A stretch of 36,277 nucleotides of DNA from Trypethelium eluteriae (lineage: Eukaryota). A program made the translations under genes and the position numbers. Location: positions 1 through 36,277 of the forward strand of contig JAVECL010000205.1 in assembly GCA_051942245.1 (NCBI GenBank). Reading direction: 5' to 3'. This document shows positions 1 through 11,553 of the stretch, piece after piece. The notes beneath the pieces are model-generated. The model did not search any database and had not been told where the DNA came from. It saw only the letters and a list, made by a program, of their open reading frames with translations. Position 1 is the stretch's first letter. Each line of letters opens with the position of its first letter.

Positions 1-52
1 CCCTACCCTACGCATCCCATCCCATCTAACCACCCCCTCTTCCCACCCACAG

Positions 53-653
53 ATCCAACCACCTCCTCACCCTCCTCCGCACCGCCGGCTACCCCAACAC
101 CCTCGCCGGCACGCGCAAAACCACCCCGGGGTTCCGGCTGCCCGAGAAATACGCGATGCTCGTCGGCGGATGCGACCCGCACCGGCATTCGCTGAGCAGC
201 ATGACGATGCTGAAGGACAACCACATCTGGGCGCACCGCGGGGCGCACGCCGCCTCCACCACCGACGCCGCCATCACGGCTGCCATTGCGGCTGCTCGCG
301 CGGCTGGCGGCTTCAGCGTCAAGATCGAGGTCGAGTGTCAGAGCGTGGCGGAGGCGCAGACGGCGGCGGCGGCGGGCGCGGATGTCGTCATGCTGGATAA
401 TTTTGGGGCGGAGGAGGTGGCGGTCGCGGCGAGGGAGTTGAAGGAGAGGTGGGGGGAGAAGGTGCTCGTGGAGGTGAGTGGTGGGTTGACGGAGGAGAAT
501 GTGGGGGCGTATGCGTGTGAGCATGTGGATGTGATAAGTAGCAGTAGTATTCATCAAGGGGTGCGGCATGTGGATTTCAGTTTGAAGGTGGTGCAGAAGG
601 GTGTTGAGGGGGATGGGGCAGTAGATGGGAAGGGGGAGAGTGTGGAGATTTGA
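53..653 (+). CDS. BNA6: Nicotinate-nucleotide pyrophosphorylase (QPRTase), last exon; 5' part lies outside the window
   Basis: An intron ends CTAAC...CACAG at 52. The exon reads [23 protein letters not shown]...HR...MLKDNH...KIEVEC...VMLDNF...EVSGG...DFSLK, the hallmark QPRTase motifs. Stop TGA at 651-653. Confidence 0.95.
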
Positions 654-1579
654 GGGCGGCACACATTTAAGGTAATGCTTTAGAAGGTAGTTTATCATAG
701 TACCATGACCTTGGAGAGGCCAAATCTTCCGGATATAAATTGAGATCCTTTCGACAGAAATCGACAAACGCCCACCAGGGAACGAAATACACAATAACGT
801 TATTATTAGAGGCAGTCGATATTGCAATCTCCGTGCTTTTGGGGGTACCACTAGAGGGCGTTGACAGTCATGCGTCACTAGAATACAGTCGAATCGAACA
901 CCGCTTTGGTTGAGGAATTTTTCTGTACATGTCTGGAGATCCTCTGGAAAAGACGTGAGAAACATCTGGCTTTTATTAGGGGATAAAGGGGTTAGAATGG
1001 AGGCAAGAAAAAGAAGAACGAGTTGGAAGAAGAGCTACCTATAGAATTAATCAGCTCTATCCTCGCTCTGCACAAGCTCAGAGCCCCAAGGCAAACATTC
1101 GGCTGCCCAATGGTCCATAAATTTTGGCACGGCCGGGTGAGTTGTAGAGAAGAGCTTAGCACGATGTCGGACAGGAACCAGTAAAAGATTTCTAATGTCA
1201 TATCCAGCTTCAAACTACCCAGGAGGCACCCATTCAAATCTTGAACCTTGTGAATCCAGCCGGAATTTCTTACTGCGTTCGTTGCTGGGGCCGGACAGCC
1301 GTGACTGGCGGGAAGCCAAGAAGACGAATCTATGTCGTAAATCATCGAAGCGTGATATCGAACCGTAGCATCCCACCAAATTGTAAATGTCGTCCAAATT
1401 CTGATCCGATCCAGAAACTCCAGCGCTAATGGTAAACGTAGCAATTTTTAGGGCACAGAGCATCCTTCCAATGCAAGAGGAAAGGAATCAGAATCTTGTT
1501 TCGCCCAACGCCAATGGCCCTTGCAAATGCGATTGAGATTGACTTCGAAGGATGGAAAGGAGAAGATGGGTTGAGCGGC

Positions 1580-3110
1580 TTAGCCCATCGCAAGTTCGCC
1601 TGGATAAGGCTTGCGTCCCCAGACAACATAGCTGAAAGACGTCAATCAGATAAGTAGGGTATGCTTAGGGAGGATTGACGTACACTTTGTGGTAACAATG
1701 CACATTGCGGTCTGAGATGGACTTTCGAACATCGATGAGGTAAACTTCAATCTCTTCCTTGGTCCATCCCAGGGCGCGTGAAAACGGAGCCAAGGAGAAA
1801 CCCTGGATGCCGTCCACCATAGAAGCTTCATGAAAGCGACCGACGATCTTGAGTTTTTCATCTTTCGTCCAGGGGTTTATAGGCAACTTGAACACCTTTT
1901 CCTGTACATCCACAAACCCTGCTTGTTGGAACCACCTCTTCAGCTTATTGCCGATCCGTACCGGCCGTTGCATCCTCATTTGTGCTTCGTCATTCAGCTT
2001 CGTCCACTTCGATAGTGGATGGTCTGGTGCCATTGTACCGTCGTCACAGCACACGGTAGGCATTAGATCTTGAGATTCCATCCACCCTCCTGGTTTGGTG
2101 TATTTGAACCCCCGCGCGATGATGTCGCGAAAGTCTTCGAAGGAGCCAAGCATCATACGTGTGTGAATGAGATCGTAGGAGGAAGGTTCAACCATCCAGT
2201 CTTCTTCGCAAGCATCATCAATGACGAAGTGGACGTTGTCAGGGACCCTACGAAAGCGTCGAGTTAGTATGATTCGAAGATGAAGGTGAGGACGAGCCTG
2301 GTGAGTCGGTTACCAATCGGGTTGAATGGGAGACAGATCTATGCCGGTCACCTAGAGAAGATTAGCTGAGATGGACCTCACAGGCAGACAGGGGTGGTAC
2401 CTCGCAGTCGGGAAACCGCATGGCTGTGTAACGTGTAAATGTCAGCAACTCAATCCCGCAGGCACGGTAACGGGTAAGCTCACCAACATCAATTACCCAT
2501 CCTCCAGTGCCCGTACCAACGTCTAATATCCTCTGGGGATCAGAAAGCGGAGCGAAGAAATCTTTGTAGTCGAATAGGATTTTCAACAGCTCATACTGCA
2601 GGTCGAGCCTTTCCTTTTCCGACTATTGAAGTACTGAGTACCCGTCTCTGATACTGACTCACCAGGAATAGGCTTACCTCATCGTTTGGATAGACATAGG
2701 CTTCAGAATAAGCATCAGTATGTTCGGTGGACATGAAAAATCGATGGCGGACCTACAGCCTTCTTTGTAGCGGTGGTAGGTTCTCCCATTTTCTTCAATG
2801 TAGTTGTAGATGCTGTCTGTGAGGGATTTCGTGGTACTGCGAGATGATTAGGTATTTCTGTTCAAGTCAAGACACCGTGCACCGTTACGCTGCTGGCTCA
2901 ACGGCTTTTGTGTTTCGTGATACATACTCCAGACTTTCGAGACCAGAGCGATCAGGATCAGACTGTTGAGCGCACGACAGTTAGCCTTCACATGCTCTCG
3001 TCTTCACGAAATGATCAAGATGGGAGGAGGACAACACATACGTCCGCTTCGAGGATGGATACCGAACGAGTGCCATCGGCAGGCGAGGGCGGAGTCGTAG
3101 AGGACGACAT
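1580..3110 (-). CDS. LaeA-like (Methyltransf_23 type) SAM-dependent methyltransferase, about 9 exons
   Basis: Spliced reading from ATG 3110: MSSSTTPPSP...SLTDSIYNYIEENGRTYHRYKEGSYVYPNDESEKERLDLQY...ILDVGTGTGGW...GIDLSPIQPDWVPDNVHFVIDDA...YDLIHTR...KPGGWME...YVVWGRKP. TAA at 1580-1582. Introns are GT-AG, most with recognisable branch sites. Confidence 0.9.
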
Positions 3111-3932
3111 TGTTTGGGGAGAGGGATGTTCCTCTCACAAATGTCATGATACCGAAGGAGGGGAAGCCACTGAGGTGCTCAAGATTGAAGCCGACTCGGT
3201 CCCAGTGCCAAAGCAGCGGGCCCACGGGCCCTAGGGTAAGGTCCGTGTGCCATCCCGTCCCGCCGTAGGCGCGCTTGCAGCTGGGATCAAGCTTCGCAGA
3301 AAGCAGGAGAAAGCCACCTCGGCGACCCCATCAGGTTCACCGCTCCCTCGGGCCGGCCGGTGTGCAACCTCGAATGCGCCAACAACGCGCAATTGGCTCG
3401 TCTGTCTCCTGAGCTCGGAAGTTATTAATTTCCCTTCGAGGACGGTGATCATGAGCTGCTTGGCTGCTAATTTGGCGTGTATGCAAACGAAGTACACGCG
3501 TTAACTCATCTTCTTCTGAGATTGCGTTCTGAAACGAGCCAACATGTTGCAAGCCCCATTTATTACTTAGGCACCTGTTAGTTCTGCCGTGCTCCGTATT
3601 CATTCAGGGTGCAAGCTGTTTCAACGTCAGGCCACCAAGCCACCAAGCTCTTCTATAGCTGTGATGTCATCCTCCAACAGACATACAACAGCGTTACCCT
3701 GATACTACCTGAACTTAACTACAGTCAACCAAACAGAGCGCCGCAACATTGGTCTAGAAGTGTTGTTGCCTGACCAAACGTAGACCATCAATTACTGCTA
3801 TCCTATTTGAACTCCGCTCTTCGCCTCGCTGGGTGGTATTTCAAAGATTTCCGTGTCTCCATACATTTCCCGTTTATTCATTTCCCCCAAGTAAATTGGA
3901 ATTCCATATACATTACATACTATTCTTCCAAT

Positions 3933-4693
3933 ATGCCTGACGTTCTCTGGCCACTTTTCTGCACTGCAGAGCTTCCACTCCCGGTAAGGTTTACTCCCTG
4001 CGCCATCCATGCATTTCTCGTCTCTGACGTCTGTCTCGTCAGGTCCTCAACGAGCTCCTTGAAACCACCCGCAACGAAGACCCACAGATCCGCGATGTCG
4101 TCCGAATTTTAGGCCCTGATGATGCTGGTCCCACCGCCAGCAGCACCACGGATATCACCAAGCCCACCGTTCCCCCCCTCTCTGCTCAACCGCCCGACAA
4201 CTTCGCTGGCTGGTCTGTCGACGACATCTACGCCTTCTGGAAACAGTACGTCCGCGCCAAGGACGACGTCGTCGAGAATCGTTACACGGCCTTCACGTTC
4301 CTGGTCGCCGATGAGCAGACAGCGAAAGACAAAACAGTATTCGTCTGCACCGACGCGCCGGACTGGGGCGAGGGCGAGAATGATGTGGTGCTGAAGAAGA
4401 TTCGGATGTCATTCAAGGATGCCGCCATCGACATGGCTTCATTTGAGTATCTTTCCATGGCGCCAAGCGAGTGGGGAATGGAAAAGGGCTTAATCACAGA
4501 TCCGAACCCGTGGATGAAGGTCGTGGGGTATACGGAAAATGAGGAGGTGTTGAGATTTGGGACGCCCGCATTTGCGAGACAGAGGAAGCGGGCCGCTTTA
4601 TTGGATGCGAGTCAGAATGGCACAGTGGATATGACGCGCTACATGGAGGAAGGGAACCCAAGATTCCAAAATATGGAGGAAGCAGTGGTTTAG
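3933..4693 (+). CDS. Hypothetical fungal protein, 2 exons (family uncertain, possibly DUF6924-like)
   Basis: ATG 3933 (MPDVLWPLFCTAELPLP), intron 3984-4042 (GTAAGG...CTGAC...CAG), then one open frame that joins the 4385-4693 ORF (VLNELLETT...FTFLVADEQTAKDKTVFVC...). Confidence 0.7.
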
Positions 4694-5033
4694 CGAAGAA
4701 GTCATTCGACGTAGTAATGATGATAATGACTGCAAATAATAAAGTCGGCTATATTATCCATGAAAACTGTTACACTATGCTACTTAGTCGCTGTCGCCAT
4801 ATTATGCACCTGCCTGCAGAATGTATAGGTACCTACGATTTTTGCCTCGCCAGTGTATGGACTGTACCCAGTATGCCCATTTCAAACAGTGACGCAGAGT
4901 CGTCGGGTCATATTTCGCCTCTCCGTAACCTCACCCAGCACACCACGCGCCAAAAACACCATGCTATGATAATGCCCATGGAAATGAACCAAGCCACCTC
5001 CAGAGAGAGAAAGCTGTATAATACAAGAGACAA

Positions 5034-6805
5034 TCAAGCAGCCGCCTTCTTGTCTTTTTTATCTTTCTTTTTCTTCTTTTTCTTTTCTCCATTGGCTTCT
5101 CCATCCACCTCAGCATCCACCTCGGCAAGTTTCCTCTTCTTCTCCTTTTTGCTCTCCTTCTTCACCACTGTCTCGGCGTCACCATTGATATCATCTGCAC
5201 CTGTCATTTCTACATCACCGTTCACCTTCGCCATCTTCTTCGCCATCTTCTTCTCTTTCTTCTCTTTCTTCTTATCTTCCTTACTCTTTTCCTTCCTTAA
5301 AGCCTGCTCCGTGGCTTGAGCCGTGACACCATCAGCCTGAATCTCGTCCTCGGCACCTGCTTCGGTTGGATCCTCAACGTTCATATTTGCCAAAGTCTCC
5401 TCCATGGCGTTCTTAATTACGATTTCATTCTTCGTTGGTGGCTTGCCTGAGGCGTAGAACTCCAACCTGTCCTCTACCTGTTGGCGAAATGCCTTACCCA
5501 CAGCCGTGGAAGGTTCCTGTGCGAAATGGTCAACCCGAGACGCAAGGCTGGCCTTGTTCGCCAAAAATCGAGAAATGCGTCCTTTATCCTTGACGGCAGC
5601 ACGTCCAATGAAGGTAGAATTGTAAATGAGACCATATTTGGGAGTGTTTCCCTTGGTCTTCAACGCACGGAAGAGCGCTTTTTCAGCACCAAGGATTTGA
5701 ACTGTCGATGCCGGGGCTTTGGCGAGATTGGTGAGACTACCCGCATGAGAGATAAGACGCGCACCTATTGTCTCACCAATGAGAGCTGCGAGGTTGGGAG
5801 CGACCACATTCATTTTTTCGATGAGATAGATGTGAAGGTCTGTCCGGTACTCTGCTAGACTAATGGCGCGACGAGCGAGAGATAAGAAGGCCTCTAAGTC
5901 GTAATTAGTAATGTCGCGTCCCATGCTGTTACGAGCTGCGTGGATGATATTGCCAGCGATATCGGAGTCGTCATTCACAATGGCTGCTACGTCGTGGATG
6001 TCCGCATCCGATAGTCTGTTTTTATCGCCAATAGCGAGCGCCAATTTTGAGTATGTCAGATTGTCCGACACAATCTTGAGCAGTTCGGGGAAGTGCCATG
6101 AATACCATTCCCGAACGCGCATCGCGAATTTGTTGACAGCTTTGTCGAGCTGGTCGAGCAACGCAATCGCTTGCGTGATGTGGCGGTCGTTCTTTTCGAC
6201 ATTAAATTTAACCTTGGCACGTGAGTATGCATGGCCCAAACCAAGCTGGGCACGTTCGAGATCGCCTTCTTGAAGTTGCTTGAGGAGTTTCTCCGCATGA
6301 AGGCGGAGACCACGGAGAAGGCCTGCCACGATCTCACTTGTCTCGCGCGTCTCGCACTCGACATAATCAAACGCCGTTTTAATACCATTTGCTAAATTTT
6401 TGTCGTATACGCCAAGAACCAGCTTGTGCTTTGAACTGGCTTTTGGGAGATTTGTCTCAAGCACCGTGCGTAAGTAGTCCGATACGATTCCTTCAGAGAG
6501 GTCATTCGCATTTTCGAGGGCATGAGCTGCACCTTGGAATGGTGCAAATCCCACTACTTCCACCATTTTGCCTTTTGCCATTTAGCCAGGCCATTTTCGT
6601 TCATATCGGAGATAGAAACATACCAAAAAGGGAGAGCTCTTCGGCCGTGTCCTCGGCTTCTTTCAAGCGATTCCCAATCGCGTCAGCTTGCATGTTGACT
6701 TTGAAGATCTAACGGTTCGTCAGTCACATTTGGATAAGCTGTCCGTCGGGATCATACAGCATAGCCCACGGCACTCTCGTGGAGGAGAAAGTCGATCTTC
6801 GACAT
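5034..6805 (-). CDS. NOP56: Nucleolar protein 56, box C/D snoRNP core protein
   Basis: ATG 6805 (MSKIDFLLHESAVGYA), introns at about 6757-6709 and 6623-6573. Motifs LGLGHAYSRAKVKF, RVREWYSWHFPEL, PASTVQILGAEKALFRALKTKGNTPKYG and KGRISRFLANK, plus a KKE/D-rich tail. Confidence 0.96.
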
Positions 6806-7200
6806 GATGATCGGGATAGAGGTGCGCGGCAGCGCACTGAGAGTGTGAGATGTTGACCTGCGGAAGACGTCGATAGGTGACGCGGAGATCACCAAAGTTT
6901 CGTCGAATAAGCGACAGAAGACTGTCTCTTTCCCGTGCCGAGTGGTAGGTGGTGGGGGAAAGCAAAGCTCGAGCTTTTCGAGGTGCGAAATTCGTCAAAA
7001 GTCCGAGCTGGTCCAAGCTCGACAACGAGGTCGGGTACGGGCTTACAATCTTCCAGAAAGCTCCCCGGCCTATCGCGTCGCGTCTCCAATGCTTCAAATT
7101 TTTGATATTGCAGCCTTTCCTCGTCATCCGACTTTTCTCACGTCTTAAACCTCATTGACACGCTTTCGCATCAATCAGAGGGGTAGTCCATCATTACGTT

Positions 7201-8940
7201 ATGTCGGCCACGCAACTATTAAATCCCAAAGCGGAGTCGAGAGTACGTTTGCGTTCGAAGCCTACTCCCGGTCGCATAAACTAACTTCATTATAGAGACG
7301 TGGGGAAGCTCTAAAAGTTAACATATCTGCAGGAGAGGGCTTGCAACAAGTTCTCGCGTCAAATTTGGGACCCCAAGGAACACTCAAGATGTTGGTCGAC
7401 GGAGCTGGAGCAATCAAGCTTACAAAGGATGGAAGCGTTCTTTTACGAGAGATGCAGATCCAGAATCCAACAGCTGTGATGATTGCCAGAGCAGCGACGG
7501 CGCAAGATGACATATGTGGAGATGGAACGACTTCAGTCGTACTCATGGTGGGCGAATTGTTGAAACAGGCCGATAGATACATATCCGAAGGACTTCATCC
7601 CCGAGTAATAACAGACGGCTATGAGCTTGCAAAGACTGAGGCGCTTAAATTCCTGGATCAATTTAAGATGCAGAAAGAGGTGGATCGTGAATTACTACTG
7701 TCGGTAGCACGGACATCACTGTCGACAAAGCTTAATAGTACCCTCGCCGAACAACTCACGCCAGACATCACCGACGCCGTACTCGCTATCTACAATCCTC
7801 CAGAAAAACCTGACCTCCATATGGTTGAGATAATGACGATGCAACATCGAACAGCCGCCGATACACAGCTCATTAGAGGTCTTGCTTTGGATCATGGAGC
7901 GCGCCATCCAGACATGCCAAAGCGAGTGGAGAACGCGTATATCCTCACTTTGAACGTCAGTCTCGAATATGAAAAGTCAGAGATCAATTCAGGGTTTTAT
8001 TATTCGAGTGCGGACCAGCGTGAGAAGCTCGTCGAAAGTGAGCGGAGATTTGTAGACGACAAATTGCGGAAAATTGTCGAACTGAAGAAAGAGGTCTGTG
8101 GGAACGATTCAAAGAAGAGCTTTGTGGTAATAAACCAGAAGGGAATTGACCCGCTGAGTTTGGATGTATTGGTAAAGAATGGGATTCTAGCGCTGCGAAG
8201 AGCAAAGCGAAGGAATATGGAGAGGCTGCAGCTCATATGCGGCGGAACGGCGCAAAATAGCGTTGACGACCTGACGCCAGATGTTCTGGGTTGGGCTGGT
8301 CTCGTGTACGAGCACCAGCTTGGCGAGGAGAAGTTCACCTTCATTGAGGAGGTCAAGGACCCGAAATCAGTGACAATCCTCATTAAGGGACCAAATCAAC
8401 ACACCATCACTCAGGTGAAAGATGCGGTCAGAGATGGCTTACGGAGTGTGTATAACATGATTGTGGACAAGAGCGTTGTTCCAGGAGGCGGAGCATTCCA
8501 AGTCGCTTGCGCAGCGCACTTACTGAGCGACGCTTTCCGTAAGGAAGCGAAAGGAAAGGTCAAATCAGGGGTTGCAGCCTTTGCTGACGCGCTTTTGGTA
8601 ATACCCAAGACTCTCGCGGCAAACTCTGGTCATGACATACAGGACTCGATCTCAAAACTTCAGGACGAGCAAGCAGAGGGGAATACCGTCGGGCTAGATC
8701 TTGCATCCGGCGAACCCATGGATCCAGTCCAAGCTGGTGTCTATGACTCCTTCCGGGTGTTGAGGAATTGTATTGCTTCGAGCACGGGCATAGCGTCGAA
8801 TTTGTTGTTGTGCGATGAGATGCTAAAAGCACGGCAAATGGTAAGTTGAAGTCGTCGCTCTAATTATACATAGCGGCATGAGCTAACGTGTGGACTCCTT
8901 CCAGGGCGGCAAAGAGGGTCCTGGAGCGCAAGAGCAATGA
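7201..8940 (+). CDS. CCT6: T-complex protein 1 subunit zeta (CCT/TRiC chaperonin)
   Basis: ATG 7201 ([14 protein letters not shown]), intron 7243-7294. Motifs [33 protein letters not shown] and NQKGIDP. Last intron 8841-8904, TGA at 8938-8940. Confidence 0.97.
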
Positions 8941-9281
8941 TTAAGGAGAATACCTATAAAATCAGGGACGGCGGCTCAGCAAGTTTGCCCGTTGGTATCC
9001 CATCTCTCGCCCGACAGAGGAGCAAGGATATCCGAAACCTTAGTCAACCGGTTTCCCTTGTGACCGAAGCTTTGGTAAGTCTGTTGGCGGAGAGCGACTG
9101 AAACGCCGGCCGAAAGGATGGATGCAGTCACTCTTCTTGAGTCCTGATGAAGAAAGACATTAGATTTTCCACTACAATCATGCTTGTCACAACTAGATAC
9201 CTAGATACTATTGTACAATAAAAATATTCATGGCAGCGTATGAGTGGTTGTCACAAGACGTGGCTCCAGGCTGCTACTAAT

Positions 9282-9315
9282 TACCAGTTGAGGAACCCCC
9301 GGCTGCGGTAAGGTA
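9282..9315. mobile_element. Solo terminal inverted repeat of the MITE family at 25864-26058
   Basis: TACCAGTTGAGGAACCCCCGGCTGCGGTAAGGTA matches the reverse complement of the MITE left arm at 31 of 35 aligned positions. It ends in TA and runs into (GGTA)-like repeats. Confidence 0.8.
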
Positions 9316-9687
9316 GGTGGGTAGGTAGACTAATCCACCTAAATCCATGGTGTCCTGGGATTTTGCAAGTGCCATCATACAATTGGATGCGATACGCGCC
9401 ACCAAGATGCATTGGGCGAATTTCATGCCTGCATCCGACCGCCACATCGCTCCGTGCAGGGGCGTTTTTCGGGGCTCCCACCATTCCTTTACCCCTCCAA
9501 GCCTCCCTGCATGTGTGGGGATGACGCTCGACGTCACTGACTGCAAAGTCGGGTTTGACCATTTGAAAGAAGCGTATAATTAGCTCGTGCGCCGTTAGTA
9601 GGTGCTTACTGTCGTTACCTTGCGTGCTGGTCTTCAATTTCTTAATCTTAATTGGCGATTCAACTTCTCTCCAGGTCATTACCAATC

Positions 9688-11010
9688 ATGGCATCTGCTG
9701 CGACCAATTCGCCGACGGAAATTGATCCGAAGGCACGCTTCTTCCGATATTTCCAGCATGAAGTCACTGGTGAGCAAGAATCACACGCGTTGGCATCATT
9801 TCAATACTAATGCTGATCAAATGCAGCGCTTCAAGAAGAAATAGCACAGCTTGCCGAGACGAGCGTTTCTGGTGGGGAACGTGCGGACGGTGTTGAGCAT
9901 TGTCTTGCAGGCATCGCTCGACTCTCGAATGAAGTCAAGGAATCCTCAAGTCGAATTCCCGTCTACGACCTTCGGACATACGATGAGGTAGGTTGCTCTT
10001 AATTCAGGTACAGGTACTGTGCGCAAATTGCTAAGGCACCTTAGGCAATCAAAGCCCTTTCCGAGAAGCTTCAAAAGACCCGTGCTTCTTTTGCACCTCG
10101 ACCCAAATTTACCTTCAAATCTGCCATGCGTACACGATCCTCGTTGACAAGCCCTAAGAAGGAAGATCGCGGTCGATCTGAACGACGGTTCGAGGAGTCA
10201 AGTTGGCCGAAGTCGGCGCCAGCGACGATGCAGGATAATCCGGTCAATGGGAACGAGGACGCCGTGGAAAATGGAGAGAACGGAAATGGTGCAGTCAATG
10301 CTAGGAACGGCATTCAGGGGCATGCTGACTTCCATAAAAGGGCTCCCTACTCACGAATTTGAGCCGTCCGTTAATGTTTCAGTCTCAAATCATGAGCGTA
10401 CGCACGTCACCTTACCCGACAATGGGTCAGTGATAGGAAATATTTCCGATATCAATCATTGCGTGGTGGACTTGTCTGCTCCCGCATTAGGCGGGCACCC
10501 TTTGAGTAGCCTCGCAATGAAGTACGTGACCGAGTCACTTATCGTAGATGGGGATATTCGGGGGCCAGTCCACGTCACGGGTCTCGAGAGATGTGTGATT
10601 GTTGTAGCGAGCAGACAGTTTCGCATGCATGATTGCAAGAATTGCGATGTGTATCTGCATTGCAGTAGCAGGCCAATCGTTGAACGGTGTGAAGGGATTA
10701 GTTTTGCGCCACTTCCAGAGACCTATGTGAGTCTTCCCATTACATTATGATGAAATTTATTGAAAGTTGACTGATTATTTGACAGACGAAGGAATTCCAG
10801 CGCCAAACTACGAACAAGTACGACCAAGTCGACGACTTTAACTGGTTGAAGGCTGAGCGCAATCCGCATTGGCGAGTTCTGCCACCTGCAGAAAGAACTG
10901 AGGAGAGCGTATGGCGGAAAATTGTCCCCAGAGAGGCTGATATCAATGTCGAAAATATTCTTCAGGTCACGAAAGTAATCCGCGAGTCTGTTGCACAAAC
11001 GGCACCATAG
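9688..11010 (+). CDS. TBCC: Tubulin-binding cofactor C (TBCC/Cin2), 5 exons
   Basis: N-terminal RFFRYFQHEVTALQEE...HCLAGIARLSNEVK...YDLRTY...FAPRPKFTFK. C-terminal TBCC domain GPVHVTG...VASRQFRMHDCKNCDVYLHCSSRPIVERC...FAP...DQVDDFNWLK...PHW. TAG at 11008-11010. A third intron, 10289-10340, is inferred to join the two ORF frames. Confidence 0.9.
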
Positions 11011-11553
11011 TCCGAACATTCGGAAATTATCTGGTTAAAAAACATTTGTCAGTGAGGTGATTCTAACACTCTTCTCGTTAGCGTTTCGCATTCTCTTTCA
11101 TAGGATCTACAGTACTTGTATGGATTTCCATTTTCCTGGGGCATTTTGTGAGAGATACTATTCTTCCAGGCAAATTTGTTTGTTCAGGCTTGCTTGTCGA
11201 CTTGTAAATGTCCAAAGGGTAATTGCGATCCGTTTCGTCCTAGTGACAAGAGGAGACGAGAGAAGACGAGGCTAATGTCCATCTGAGCCGAGTCTCGCTG
11301 TTGACAGTCATGACGACAGAAGAATTCTGAGGGAAAGGTGTATGGAGATAGTGTCATCGAAGTGGGTTTTTTGGCCATTGGCTATCGACCATCGACAATT
11401 AATAACAATACTGATGGAGTCCTGAGACTGGCCATGAATATCAATACAAGATAGAATAGACTGTCGGAAGCCATCGATGACATGACCTTGCCACTTGCAC
11501 AACGTAGACGCCGTTCGCTATGCAGTTTGTTCCAAACAGACAAGATACTCATA

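Noticed and set aside
1..30. CCCTACCCTA at the window start as a telomeric repeat
   Set aside because: It is not a CCCTAA array. It is the C-rich body of a BNA6 intron ending CTAAC...CAG at 52.
3..965. 320-aa minus-strand ORF
   Set aside because: Antisense shadow of the GC-rich BNA6 exon with no recognisable motifs.
992..1463. ORFs and an intron-like GTGAGT..CTAAT..CAG (1137-1207) between BNA6 and the methyltransferase
   Set aside because: The spliced product is short and resembles nothing I recognise. It is most likely UTR or intergenic sequence.
4717..5319. 200-aa hydrophobic plus-strand ORF
   Set aside because: Antisense of the NOP56 Lys/Glu-rich tail; the poly-Phe comes from reversed Lys codons.
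6573..6757. Intronic snoRNAs in NOP56
   Set aside because: Both introns are about 50 nt, too short, and lack box C/D pairs.
9144..9170. Hammerhead ribozyme suggested by CTGATGA
   Set aside because: No correctly placed GAAA after a stem II and no closing stems.
10289..10340. Apparent frameshift in TBCC
   Set aside because: A 52-nt intron (GTGCAG..GCTGAC..AAG) restores the frame exactly, though the donor is weak.
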